From Alphaproteobacteria bacterium (GTDB lineage Bacteria > Pseudomonadota > Alphaproteobacteria > Bin95), in the NCBI GenBank assembly GCA_022824105.1, contig JAJEAZ010000363.1, forward strand, positions 14,079 to 78,078: a DNA stretch of 64,000 bases, in the 5' to 3' direction. The notes under the pieces were generated by a model, which was not told where the DNA came from, made no database searches, and worked only from the letters and a program-made list of their open reading frames with translations. Within the stretch, counting starts at the first letter, position 1, and every line of letters begins with the position of its first letter. The translations under genes were made by a program, and so were the position numbers. Shown in pieces: positions 42,042-51,619 of this stretch.

Positions 42042-43687
42042 CCCCGGTCGCGCCAAACCTTGCCGACCCCGGCGTCGCCGAAATGGAGGCCGTCAAGGCC
42101 GAGGTCTCCGCCATGGCGCTGCCGGCGTCGCTTGGCGATTTCATCGCCGAACGCGCAGCAACCCTCGGAGACCGGCCGGCCTGCGTCTACTTCCAGAACG
42201 GCGCCACGCTCACCTATCGCGATATCGACGACCAGGCCAATCGACTCGCCAACCGACTGCTGGCTATCGGCGCCCGCAAGGGCAGCCATATCGCCGTCAT
42301 GCTGCGCAACGGCCCCGCATTCCCGCCGGTCTGGACGGCCATCGGCCGGGTCGGAGCGGTCATGGTTCCGGTCAACACGTCCTATACCGAGGCTGAACTG
42401 GAATTCGTCCTGACCGATTCCGATGCACAATTTCTGATCATTGACGGCGATCTGCTCGATACATTCGCCAAGATCGAGAACCGGCTAACCCTGATCGCCG
42501 ACGGCAACGTCATCGTCAACGGCAACGCGCAGGCGCCACATCGCAGCCTGCCGGCTTTCCTGTCCGGCGGCAGCACGGTTTTCGAGCCACCGACGACGGT
42601 AACCGAGAACGACCTGCTGAACATCCAATACACCTCGGGAACTACAGGTTTCCCCAAGGGCTGCATGCTGACCCACCGCTACTGGCTGCTGCTCAGCCAC
42701 AGTGCAGCGGCGATGCATGACAGGTTCAGGCTCTCCAACGTCCTGATGTGGCAGCCGTCGTATTACATGGACGGCCAGTGGCCGATGTTACTGACCTTCC
42801 GGCTGGGCGGTACGGCGTACATCGCCAGCCGGATGAGCCTGTCGCATTTCCTCGATTGGATACGCGACTACGAGATCCACTTCTGCGCCTTTCCCGAACC
42901 GCTGCTCAAGAAGGCGCCGCCGTCGCCGGAGGATGCCAACACGTCGCTGGTCCAGATCAACGCCTTCGGTTGGCGCGGAGCGGCGATCGAGGAATTTGAA
43001 CGGCGGTTCGGCGCCACAGCGCGCGATGCGTTCGGTATGACGGAGATTGGCGTCGGCACAGCGATGCCGAAGGCGGCGACGCATATGGCGACCGCCGGGT
43101 CCTGCGGCCTGCCCGGCCCGTTCCGCGAGATCAAGGTGGTCGATGAGGATGGCAACGAAGCCCCGCGCGGCGAAAGCGGCGAGCTTTGGGTCGCCGGCGA
43201 CTCGCTGCTCTGGGGGTACTACAAGCGGCCGGACGCCAACGCGGAAGCCTTCGTCGGCCGTTGGTTCCGAACCGGCGATCTCGCTCGTCAGGACGAGAAC
43301 GGCTACGTCTTCATCGTCGGCCGGCTGAAGGAGATGATCAAGCGCAGCGGCGAGAACATCTCCGCCCGCGAAGTCGAGGCGGCGCTGCGCGAAATCGACG
43401 GTATCGAAGAAGCCGCAGCGGTCCCCGTGCCCGATCCGACGCGGCGCGAGGAGGTCAAAGCCTATCTCATGCTGTCGGCTGGCCATACTCCTGACCAGGT
43501 GACGCCCGAGGCGGTGCTCCGACATTGCAGATCGCGTCTCGCTGCCTTCAAAGTCCCGCGATATTTGGCCTACGTCGAAGATTTTCCGCGTACCGCCACC
43601 CGCAAGATCGCCAAGCAGCAGTTGATCGAAGCGGCAAAGGATCTGCGCGTGGGCTCGTTCGATAGAGTCGACGGAATCTGGCGGTAG
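42038..43687 (+). CDS. AMP-dependent acyl-CoA synthetase/ligase
   Basis: YTSGTTGFPKGCMLTH, FRTGDLARQDENGYVFIVGRLKEMIKRSGENIS, and the C-terminal PRTATRKIAK lysine motif. The ATG overlaps the crotonase stop. Confidence 0.92.
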   Translation: MTPVAPNLADPGVAEMEAVKAEVSAMALPASLGDFIAERAATLGDRPACVYFQNGATLTYRDIDDQANRLANRLLAIGARKGSHIAVMLRNGPAFPPVWTAIGRVGAVMVPVNTSYTEAELEFVLTDSDAQFLIIDGDLLDTFAKIENRLTLIADGNVIVNGNAQAPHRSLPAFLSGGSTVFEPPTTVTENDLLNIQYTSGTTGFPKGCMLTHRYWLLLSHSAAAMHDRFRLSNVLMWQPSYYMDGQWPMLLTFRLGGTAYIASRMSLSHFLDWIRDYEIHFCAFPEPLLKKAPPSPEDANTSLVQINAFGWRGAAIEEFERRFGATARDAFGMTEIGVGTAMPKAATHMATAGSCGLPGPFREIKVVDEDGNEAPRGESGELWVAGDSLLWGYYKRPDANAEAFVGRWFRTGDLARQDENGYVFIVGRLKEMIKRSGENISAREVEAALREIDGIEEAAAVPVPDPTRREEVKAYLMLSAGHTPDQVTPEAVLRHCRSRLAAFKVPRYLAYVEDFPRTATRKIAKQQLIEAAKDLRVGSFDRVDGIWR

Positions 43688-43728
43688 CAGAAAGCGGCAG
43701 CACAGCCGGGCGCCGCCGCCGGCCTGCG

Positions 43729-43767
43729 CAAGGCTCTCTCCCCCGCGGAGCGATCGCGGGAGCCTTG
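43729..43767. terminator. bulged GC-rich hairpin between convergent genes (possible terminator, no U-tract)
   Basis: caaggctc (43729-43736) pairs with gagccttg (43760-43767). The inner pair is ccgcg/cgcgg around a 7-nt loop. Confidence 0.25.
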
Positions 43768-43847
43768 CAGGACCTCATGCCCCGATCCACAAGCCCCTTG
43801 GCGATAGCAGGACCGATGCCACGAGCGCGCGTTCCGTAGCGGTCGCC

Positions 43848-44219
43848 TCACTCGGCATATTGCAGGGACATGCGGGTGATCCTGCCCGACTTGTTCCACC
43901 AGTAGGAGTAGTGCACCACCCAGCTCAGCCAATTGACCTCTGTCTTGGCATAGCCTTCGGAGGTTTCGAGAATGCGGCGATGACGGAAGGTGTCGCCGTG
44001 TGAGATCACTTCGCGCAGCGCCCAGGCGCGGATCGCATCGCGGCCGGTGAAGGTGTGCGAAACGTCGATCATCTCGGCGTCTTCGGTGAAACAGGCCATA
44101 TAGGCGTCGATATTCTTGGCGTTAGTGCTGTCCCGATAGCAGGCGATTGCCGTGGGCAGATCCGCGGCCTGCAACGGCTGTGCCAGAAGAACGAGTGCGA
44201 GAAGGCTGCGTTTCAGCAT
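43848..44219 (-). CDS. SnoaL/NTF2-like domain protein with signal peptide
   Basis: MLKRSLLALVLLAQPLQA leader, then an NTF2-like pattern (AYMACFTEDAEMIDVSHTFTGRDAIRAW). Confidence 0.7.
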   Translation of the reverse strand: MLKRSLLALVLLAQPLQAADLPTAIACYRDSTNAKNIDAYMACFTEDAEMIDVSHTFTGRDAIRAWALREVISHGDTFRHRRILETSEGYAKTEVNWLSWVVHYSYWWNKSGRITRMSLQYAE

Positions 44220-44417
44220 CGATCCGCTCCTTTGCGGTGTCAGCGGCTGGCGGCTTCCGCTCGCTCGGCGGCCGGAGCGAGCAGGTTCGGACTGCGTAGC
44301 TAAGCCCGCGGACTGGCGCGACGGCTCAATCCGGTACAGGTTTTAGCTCGCTCGCCCCATTGATTGACTATTATTCGGGAATATTGCAATCATATAGTCA
44401 TTGAAGGAGAAGCAATA

Positions 44418-45251
44418 ATGTCGTCCATCGACCTTGCCCAACCTGCAGATCGGCCTGAGACGCGCGCCATCGTCGCCGGCGTCGCGATCGATCTCGTGGA
44501 AGCCGGCAGGGGACGGCCCTGCCTGCTGTTGCACGATATCGACGGAATTCACCCGTCGTCGCCATTCTTTACGGGGCTTGCCGGGCGTTTTCGCCTGTTT
44601 GCGCCGTGGCACCCGGGGTTCGGCCACTCGGAAACCGTGCGCCAGTTTCACGATGTCAGGGACCTCGCAATTTTCTACCAGGCCTTCCTGAAGGAGAGGG
44701 GCCTCGACGGCGTCACCGTTATCGGCACCGGCTTCGGCGGCTGGATCGCAGCGGAGGTCGCCGCCATGTCGACGGACCGGCTCGGCGCTCTTGTCCTGAT
44801 CGGGGCCGTCGGGCTGAAGGTTTCGGGCCGGGACGAGCGCGACATCGCGGACATGCACGCCACGCCGTTCGCGGCATACGAGGCGCTCGAATATGTCGAT
44901 CCGGCCAACAAGCCGAACAGGTACGACAGAATGAGCGATTGGGAGATGTGGGGCCTGGCCCGGTCGCGCGAAACGGCCGCCCATCTCGGCTGGAAGCCGT
45001 ACATGCACAATCCCAGCCTCAATCACTGGCTTGGCCGGGTGGATATTCCGACGCTCGCGATCTGGGGCGAACGGGACGGGGTGACCAGCCCGGCCTACGG
45101 CGAGGCCTATGCCGGGACGATACCCGGAGCGTCGTTCGTCACCGTGCCGGATGCGGCGCACCATCCGCATGTCGAGCAGCCCGCGCGCGCACTCGACCTG
45201 ATCGACCGGTTCCTGGCCGGCGTTTCAGGCCGCGAACGGGCAGCCGAATAA
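44418..45251 (+). CDS. alpha/beta-hydrolase fold protein (meta-cleavage-product-hydrolase-like) with Gly at the nucleophile position
   Basis: HPGFGHSE, nucleophile elbow VIGTGFGGWIA, WGERDGV, and PDAAHHPHVEQP. GAAGGAGA RBS before the ATG at 44418. Confidence 0.85.
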   Translation: MSSIDLAQPADRPETRAIVAGVAIDLVEAGRGRPCLLLHDIDGIHPSSPFFTGLAGRFRLFAPWHPGFGHSETVRQFHDVRDLAIFYQAFLKERGLDGVTVIGTGFGGWIAAEVAAMSTDRLGALVLIGAVGLKVSGRDERDIADMHATPFAAYEALEYVDPANKPNRYDRMSDWEMWGLARSRETAAHLGWKPYMHNPSLNHWLGRVDIPTLAIWGERDGVTSPAYGEAYAGTIPGASFVTVPDAAHHPHVEQPARALDLIDRFLAGVSGRERAAE

Positions 45252-45270
45252 TCCTGCCGGGAGCGAACCG

Positions 45271-46494
45271 ATGGAAGCCTACTATTTTTCGGAACAACCC
45301 TATCCCGGCGCGTGGGAAAGCGACATCGAGAGCTTGCGCGTAACCCTGCCGAACCGGCATTGCGATCCGCGCGTCGCAGCCGACCTGATCAATGCCCGCC
45401 TCGACGAATGGGAACTGTGCGACCGGGTCGGCATCAACATCATGATCAACGAGCATCATTCGTCGGCAACCTGCCTGTCGCCGTCGAATACCATCACGCT
45501 CGCGATGCTGGCGCGGCGGACGACGAATGTCCGGCTGCTCGGCCTTGGCTTTCCGCTTGCCAATCGTCCCGATCCGGTGCGGCTGGCGGAAGAGATCGCC
45601 TATATCGATTGCGTCACGCGCGGCAGGCTCGATATCGGGTTCTCCAAGGCGGCGCCCTACGAGATTTCGCCGGCGAATTCGAACCCGGCGCGCTTCATGG
45701 ACCGGTTCTGGGATACCCACGACCTCGTGCTGAAGGCGCTGACCGTCCAGGATGGGCCGTTCAACTGGGAGAGCGAGTTCCACCACTTCCGGCAGGTCAA
45801 CGTCTGGCCCCGGCCGTACCAGCAGCCGCGCCCGCCGGTCTGGATACCGGCCGGCAGCATCGCCAGCGCCAGGGAGGTCGGCCAGCGCGGCCATACCCTG
45901 GCGATGTTCCTGAGCGGCCTGAACGCCCGAAAGCTGAAGGACGCCTATCGCGAGGGCGCCCGCGCCGCGGGTCGGCCGGAGCCCGGACCGGAGAAATTCG
46001 CCTATATGGGGATTGTCGCCGTCGGCGAGACCCGGGAGGAAGGCCGGAGTCGGGCCGACCGGATCATGGGGTATCTCCGGACGACCTCGATCGTATCCGA
46101 CTGTTTCATGAATCCACCCGGCTACATGCCGCCGGCGGGCAACGTCATGTGGATGAAACGGAACCAGACGCGCGGGCGCGCCGGCGACCACTTCCCGGTC
46201 ACGAAGCGCGACGGCACGATACTCAAGGTCGGCTCCGGCCGCGACTGGACGGGCGAAATTCCGATGGACGATCTGATCGACGCCAACATCGTCTTTGCCG
46301 GTAGCGCCGACGATGTCTATGGGCAGATAACCGAATTCAGCGACCGGATCGGCGGAATCGGCACCGTTCTCATGATGGGGCACGGCGGCGATCTCAGCCA
46401 CGAGGACGCAATGGCGAGCATCCGGCTGTTCGGCGAACAGGTCCTGCCGCGTCTCAAGACCTACGCGGCGCCGGACATCGCGGAGGCTATCTGA
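45271..46494 (+). CDS. LLM-class (luciferase-like) flavin-dependent oxidoreductase
   Basis: 407 aa. INEHHSS, RLDIGFSKA and a TIM-barrel LLM pattern throughout. Confidence 0.85.
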   Translation: MEAYYFSEQPYPGAWESDIESLRVTLPNRHCDPRVAADLINARLDEWELCDRVGINIMINEHHSSATCLSPSNTITLAMLARRTTNVRLLGLGFPLANRPDPVRLAEEIAYIDCVTRGRLDIGFSKAAPYEISPANSNPARFMDRFWDTHDLVLKALTVQDGPFNWESEFHHFRQVNVWPRPYQQPRPPVWIPAGSIASAREVGQRGHTLAMFLSGLNARKLKDAYREGARAAGRPEPGPEKFAYMGIVAVGETREEGRSRADRIMGYLRTTSIVSDCFMNPPGYMPPAGNVMWMKRNQTRGRAGDHFPVTKRDGTILKVGSGRDWTGEIPMDDLIDANIVFAGSADDVYGQITEFSDRIGGIGTVLMMGHGGDLSHEDAMASIRLFGEQVLPRLKTYAAPDIAEAI

Positions 46495-46568
46495 AGGTTT
46501 TCGCGGGAACTGTCCAGCGGCGGGGAATACGGCGGCCTAATCGTACTCGTCGCAGCGTGCGCTGGCGC

Positions 46569-47456
46569 TTATGCAATCGCGTCGACTAACCGGACGACCC
46601 GGTGGTGGGGCAGGTGGAATTCGTCCGGCGCCAGGGTGCCGAACGGCGTGCGGGTCGCCTCCGGGTCGCGGTCGAGTTGCTCCTGGAGCGCAGCGATGCG
46701 CGCGACGCAGTACGCGATTTCGCTTTCCAGCTTTCCTTCCGCGCCCCTCTCGACATCGAAGCCGATGCTGACCGATGCGACTGCGGCTCCGCCGAATGCC
46801 GTCAACGGAACCGCCGCCCAGTGGAGGAGCGAATAATCGCTCGGCCGCTGCGAGATATAGCCGGCGCCGGCGAGTTCGCGCCGCTGCCGCGCCACGCGTT
46901 TCGGGTCGATCGGCGCACCGCCGAAGTTGCCGCTTCGGCGGCACCGATCAAGATAGGCGGTCGCCTCGTCGTCCGGTAGCGCTGCTAGGATGGTCGCGGG
47001 GCCGATGCCGTCGTGAAGAGGCCGGGCCTCGCCGACCCGCCGCAGCTGATAGGCTTCATGGGTTCCCTCGAACGAGAGCAGCCGGAGACTGCGCCAGCCA
47101 AGGCGATGATTGAGCGAAACGGTCACGTTCCTGGAACCGGACAGCTCACGCAGGAAGCCGGCCGCGGCCTTGCGCACCGGAAATTGCGCAACCAGGGCGC
47201 GAATCAGATGATGGACCATGTCGCCGGCGACGAATCGGGCGCCTCGGCCGCCGCGCTTTACCATGCCGCACGCTTCCAGCGTCATCAGCGCCCGATGCAC
47301 AGTGCTTGCCGGCAAGTCCAGTTCGGCGACCAGATCGGCCAGGCCGACCGGTTGCCGATGCTGCGCGATCGCACGCACGGCGGCGAAGAGATGCCGGGTC
47401 GACCGGTTGGTGACCGGCGCGCTGCCGCGGCCGTTCTTTTCGGTCCCGGCGGTCAT
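46569..47456 (-). CDS. IclR family transcriptional regulator
   Basis: N-terminal wHTH (VGLADLVAELDLPASTVHRALMTLEACGMV) plus an IclR effector domain. The ATG at 47456 overlaps the stop of the upstream IclR gene (ATGA). The 795-aa track ORF is an artefact. Confidence 0.85.
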   Translation of the reverse strand: MTAGTEKNGRGSAPVTNRSTRHLFAAVRAIAQHRQPVGLADLVAELDLPASTVHRALMTLEACGMVKRGGRGARFVAGDMVHHLIRALVAQFPVRKAAAGFLRELSGSRNVTVSLNHRLGWRSLRLLSFEGTHEAYQLRRVGEARPLHDGIGPATILAALPDDEATAYLDRCRRSGNFGGAPIDPKRVARQRRELAGAGYISQRPSDYSLLHWAAVPLTAFGGAAVASVSIGFDVERGAEGKLESEIAYCVARIAALQEQLDRDPEATRTPFGTLAPDEFHLPHHRVVRLVDAIA

Positions 47457-48256
47457 GGCGCCTGGTACAGCGAAGTGATCGAATTGAGGTTCGCGACCGC
47501 GGGGCGGATCGTCTCCAGATGCTCGTGGATCCAGGCATCGGTCAGCCGGGATGCCGGCCCCCCGACAATGATCGCACCGAACGGACGGGCGTCGAAATCG
47601 ACGATCGCGATGGCCACGCCGATCGTACCGGGGCTGTAGTCGCCGAAGGACAGCGCGTAGCCGGCGTTTCGAATCGCCTCGATTTCCTTCCACAAGGCGT
47701 CCGGCTCCGTGAGGGTCGCGGGGGTGTAGCGGGTCAGAGGCGCGTTCCGCTTGAGGTAATCCTCGATTTCGCCGTCCGTGCAGGCGGCGAGGATAGCCCG
47801 GGACGCGTTGGATGCATGCAGCGGAGTTGCCCGCCCCAGCTTGACGCGGACGACCACCGGCCCGCCGCCCTCGATCCCGTCGATGATCGTCTGGACATCG
47901 CCGCTGCGCACGCACAACTGGGCGGTCTCTCCGGTGGCTTCGCTCAAATACGTCAGGCAGGGGCGGGCGAGCTCCCTCAGATCGGGCGGCGCTACCGCCG
48001 TGTTCTGCAGTTCGACCAGGCGGTAGCTGAGCACGTAGCGTCCGCCCGGGTCGCTCTTCAGCAGGTAGCCTTCCTCGGCGAGGGTCACCAGGGCCCGATG
48101 CACCATGTTGCGGCTGAGGCCGAGCTGCCGGCTTAGTTCCGAGGCGCCCAAGGGCGCCGTTGCGCCGATGAAGCTCGCGAGGACGTCGAAGACCCGCTTG
48201 GTCGCCTTGTTGATCGAGCGGCCTTCGCCCTTTGCATAGAGTTCCGTCAAAGTCAT
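47453..48256 (-). CDS. IclR family transcriptional regulator
   Basis: wHTH (LGASELSRQLGLSRNMVHRALVTLAEEGYL) plus an IclR effector domain (GDYSPGTIGVAIAIVD). Confidence 0.9.
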   Translation of the reverse strand: MTLTELYAKGEGRSINKATKRVFDVLASFIGATAPLGASELSRQLGLSRNMVHRALVTLAEEGYLLKSDPGGRYVLSYRLVELQNTAVAPPDLRELARPCLTYLSEATGETAQLCVRSGDVQTIIDGIEGGGPVVVRVKLGRATPLHASNASRAILAACTDGEIEDYLKRNAPLTRYTPATLTEPDALWKEIEAIRNAGYALSFGDYSPGTIGVAIAIVDFDARPFGAIIVGGPASRLTDAWIHEHLETIRPAVANLNSITSLYQAP

Positions 48257-48301
48257 CCGCTTGCGGCCGGGCCGGTCGAGACCGTCTGAAACTAGCGGTC
48301 T

Positions 48302-49612
48302 TCAGTCGAGAAACGAAGGCAGATAAAGGCTGATTTCGGGGAAACCGATGATGAGGACCATGACGATCGCCTCTGCGGCCAGGAACCAGGCGAGTCCCCG
48401 GAAGATCAGGCCGAGCGGCACCGCATCGCCCACAATGCTTTTCACGACGAAAGCGTTCATGCCGACCGGCGGGGTAAGGAGGCCGATCTCGATGAATTTG
48501 ACGACGAGAACGCCGAACCAGATGAGGTCGTAGCCGACCGAATCGGCAATCGGGAGCAGGATCGGCAGCGAGACCAGCATGACCCCGATCCCCTCCAGAA
48601 ACATGCCGAGGACGATATAGAAGGCGCTGATCAGAAGGATCAGGACGAGCGGGTCGACCGATGCCTCCCTGATCCCGCCGACGATGAAGCGGGGCACGCC
48701 GGAGAGCGCCAGGAACTTCGTGAAGAGCACGGTGCCGATCACGATGAAGAAGACCAGTGCGGTGGTTTTCGCGGCGCTGGCCAGGCTCTCGGCGAAACGC
48801 GCCAGGTTCATTTCCCCGCGGAAGATGGCCACCAGGCATGTCAGCAGGGCCGCGGCAGCGCCGGCCTCGGTGGGAGTCGTCGCGCCCGTGTAGATGCCGA
48901 CGACGACGCCGACGACGATAACCGGCAAAGGCCAGATTTCCCGAAGGGCCTGCCATTTTCGGGCCGCGGAAAACGCCTCTTCCGGGGCCGGGGCCAGGGC
49001 GGGATTGCGCCGGACCCGGACGACGATCATGACGCAGTAGACGAAGGCGGTGAGAAGGCCCGGAAGGATGCCGGCCATCAGAAGCTTGCTGACGGACTGG
49101 CTGGCGAACCAGCCATACAGGACGAAGGCCACACTGGGCGGGATCAGGGCGCCGAGCGTCCCGGCGGCGGCGACGACGCTGGTGGCCAGCGACCTGTCGT
49201 AGCCGTGCCGGAGCATTTCCGGCACGGCGAGGCGGCCCATGGCCGCCGTCGTCGCCAGGCTCGAGCCGGATACGGCAGCAAAGCCGGCCGCGGCGAAATT
49301 GGTCGATATCGCCAGCCCGCCGGGAAATCTGCCGATCAGAACCCGGGCGGCCGTGAACAGGCTGGCGGCGATCCCGGAGTTTTGGGCGAAGGTGCCCATC
49401 AGGATGAACATCGGCACGGCGGACAGGGTCCAGGTCGCCGTGAAGTCGTAGGGAACCTCGCCGAGCGTTCCGAAGGCCGCCGCCTCGCCGCGCATCAGCC
49501 AGATGCCGCCCAGCGACACCAGCCCGAGCGCCACGGCGATGGGCACGCGAAGAGCGAGCAGGGCCAGCATAAGGCCGATGCCGACGAACCCGATTTCGAG
49601 ATTGGACAGCAT
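48302..49612 (-). CDS. TRAP transporter large permease (DctM family)
   Basis: 436-aa polytopic protein with a DctM pattern, downstream of the Q and P genes. Confidence 0.92.
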   Translation of the reverse strand: MLSNLEIGFVGIGLMLALLALRVPIAVALGLVSLGGIWLMRGEAAAFGTLGEVPYDFTATWTLSAVPMFILMGTFAQNSGIAASLFTAARVLIGRFPGGLAISTNFAAAGFAAVSGSSLATTAAMGRLAVPEMLRHGYDRSLATSVVAAAGTLGALIPPSVAFVLYGWFASQSVSKLLMAGILPGLLTAFVYCVMIVVRVRRNPALAPAPEEAFSAARKWQALREIWPLPVIVVGVVVGIYTGATTPTEAGAAAALLTCLVAIFRGEMNLARFAESLASAAKTTALVFFIVIGTVLFTKFLALSGVPRFIVGGIREASVDPLVLILLISAFYIVLGMFLEGIGVMLVSLPILLPIADSVGYDLIWFGVLVVKFIEIGLLTPPVGMNAFVVKSIVGDAVPLGLIFRGLAWFLAAEAIVMVLIIGFPEISLYLPSFLD

Positions 49613-49619
49613 CGATTCC

Positions 49620-50156
49620 CTAAAAGTCGGCCGGCGCGCCCGCGGCCGATTCCGACGCCGTCGGGCGGCCGGTCGCGGCGTGGAAGACCGACTGGACGAC
49701 CTGCATCAGGCTCCACAACATGGCGAAGCCGAAACCGATGACCGGCAGCCATCTTCCGGGCCAGACCTCCACCTGGAATTCGATATTGGTCGAGAGTTCG
49801 CGGTCGGCGGTTTTTTCGACCGCGACTTCGAGATTCTTCCAGAAAAGAATGGCCAGGAAGGCAAGCGAAAGCAGAAAGGCGAATATATCGACCGCGGCCC
49901 GGGCCCGCGGCGACAGGTTGTGGGTGAACAGTTCGACGAAGACTTGCGCCCGGTCGCGCTGGACCGCTGCGAGCGGCAGGAAAACCACGGCAACCATGTA
50001 AAACAGGCTGACGGTCTCGAGGGTGCCGATTATCGGTTGGGACAGAAAGAGCTTGGAGGCGACATCGATCGAAACATGCAGCATCATCAGGGCCGCTGCA
50101 GCCGCGGCAATGTAATAGAAAATCTGCGTCAGCAGCCAGATTGCGCGCTCGAACAT
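49620..50156 (-). CDS. TRAP transporter small permease (DctQ family)
   Basis: 178 aa with four hydrophobic helices, located between the P and M genes. Confidence 0.85.
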   Translation of the reverse strand: MFERAIWLLTQIFYYIAAAAAALMMLHVSIDVASKLFLSQPIIGTLETVSLFYMVAVVFLPLAAVQRDRAQVFVELFTHNLSPRARAAVDIFAFLLSLAFLAILFWKNLEVAVEKTADRELSTNIEFQVEVWPGRWLPVIGFGFAMLWSLMQVVQSVFHAATGRPTASESAAGAPADF

Positions 50157-50232
50157 GGCGCCCGGTCCGATGTCGCCCGCCGGAAGAAAGGGGCGCCGGA
50201 ACGGCTCCGGCGCCCCTGTCCGGGCGGACCGC

Positions 50233-51333
50233 CTATTTCATCTTGGCGTAGACCTCTTTGGTCAGTGCCGCTTGTACGGCCGCCGCATCGCCGCCCGCCT
50301 TGCTGACGATACCGTTCCATTTCGCGACGCTCGCCTCGAAACGATCGAGGATTGCGCCGGCATTGGCAATGCCTTTCTTCTTGCCGAAGTCCTCGATGTT
50401 CTTTCGTTCGCCGGCGAACCATTTCTGCATCGTGGCGGCCATTTTCTCGTTCGGTTTGGCCCAGACGATGCCCTTTTCGGTTGCCGTCTTGCGGATCGAC
50501 TGCGCCTTGTCGTTGCCGGCCGCCGCAGCCTGGACTACCAGAGTCGGCAGGGCGCCGACGATTGCGGCGCGATCGGCGGCGTTCAGCTTCTTCCAGAATG
50601 CCGTGTTGACGCCGAATACGAGGCCGTTGTTGTACTGGCCCATCGGCAGGTCGACGACATATTTGACGACGTCCCAAAGGCTGTAGGCCTGCAGCCAGAA
50701 AATGCTCCCGACGAGGCAGGCAACCTGGCCGCGCCGCATCGCCTCCATCACTTCCACCGTCGGGGTGTTGACCGGCGTCGCGCCGATATACCGGACGAAG
50801 CGCAAATAGGCCGAGGCCGCACGGATCGACTTGCCTTTCACTTGGCTGAAGTCCGTAACGGGGGCCTTGCACATCAGATAGAAGGGCGGCGTGCCGGCGT
50901 AGGCGAGCGGCGTGACGCCGCGCTTGGCCACTTCCGCCCGGCATTCCGGACACTCGTTCAGCACGAAATCGGTAACGCCGGCGGAGATGGACAGCGGGTT
51001 GGCCTGGATCGAAGCGTATGAGGTTATCATCGAATCGATCGGCAATTCGGCCTGGTAGATCGCACCGGCGATGTAGCCGGCATCGACGAGGCTGTCCCGG
51101 ATACCGTTCAACACCGTGCGCATCTTGACGACGGAGCTGTCGAAGTGATTGACGACCTGGATCTTGCCGCCGGACCGCTTGCCGACCTCGGCCGTGAAGG
51201 CTTTCATCCCCAGCGAGGCCGGATCGCTCGACGGCGCCCAGGATCCGTAGGTGATCTTTGTCTGGGCGACGCTCGCCGCCGAATATAGTGTCAGTGCCGA
51301 GGCAATCGCGGCAACGAGGCTGATGGGTTTCAT
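50233..51333 (-). CDS. TRAP transporter substrate-binding protein (DctP-like)
   Basis: Signal peptide MKPISLVAAIASALTLYSAASVAQ, about 340 aa mature length, first gene of a P-Q-M operon. AGGAGGA RBS. Confidence 0.75.
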   Translation of the reverse strand: MKPISLVAAIASALTLYSAASVAQTKITYGSWAPSSDPASLGMKAFTAEVGKRSGGKIQVVNHFDSSVVKMRTVLNGIRDSLVDAGYIAGAIYQAELPIDSMITSYASIQANPLSISAGVTDFVLNECPECRAEVAKRGVTPLAYAGTPPFYLMCKAPVTDFSQVKGKSIRAASAYLRFVRYIGATPVNTPTVEVMEAMRRGQVACLVGSIFWLQAYSLWDVVKYVVDLPMGQYNNGLVFGVNTAFWKKLNAADRAAIVGALPTLVVQAAAAGNDKAQSIRKTATEKGIVWAKPNEKMAATMQKWFAGERKNIEDFGKKKGIANAGAILDRFEASVAKWNGIVSKAGGDAAAVQAALTKEVYAKMK

Positions 51334-51619
51334 GCGTTCCTCCTGGTTGTCGGCCGACTATCGGCCCTTCGCTCGGGTTCCGGTCGATTCGCTGCCCGGG
51401 ACGGCAGCCGCTGCGTGCCGGCCGGACCGCTGTTTCTTCTTCGGTGCCTCCGGTTGCAGCCCGGGAACGGGCGGCAAACGAATTTTGCCTGTTTATATGT
51501 TGGAAATTATACCAGATTTTGTGAATAGCCAACACTTTCTGTGCTACGCACCGGCAGGGGGGCCGGGACTCGCAAAGCGCCCCGCACCTTCGGTCCACGC
51601 AGCAAGGAACGGCGGTTAG

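Noticed and set aside
51334-51619. AT-rich patch (ttatatgttggaaattataccagattttgtgaatagccaa) between the TRAP operon and the GMC gene as a defined IclR operator.
   Set aside because: Only TGG...CCA ends are symmetric. I could not find a convincing palindrome, so I mention it only as the likely promoter region.
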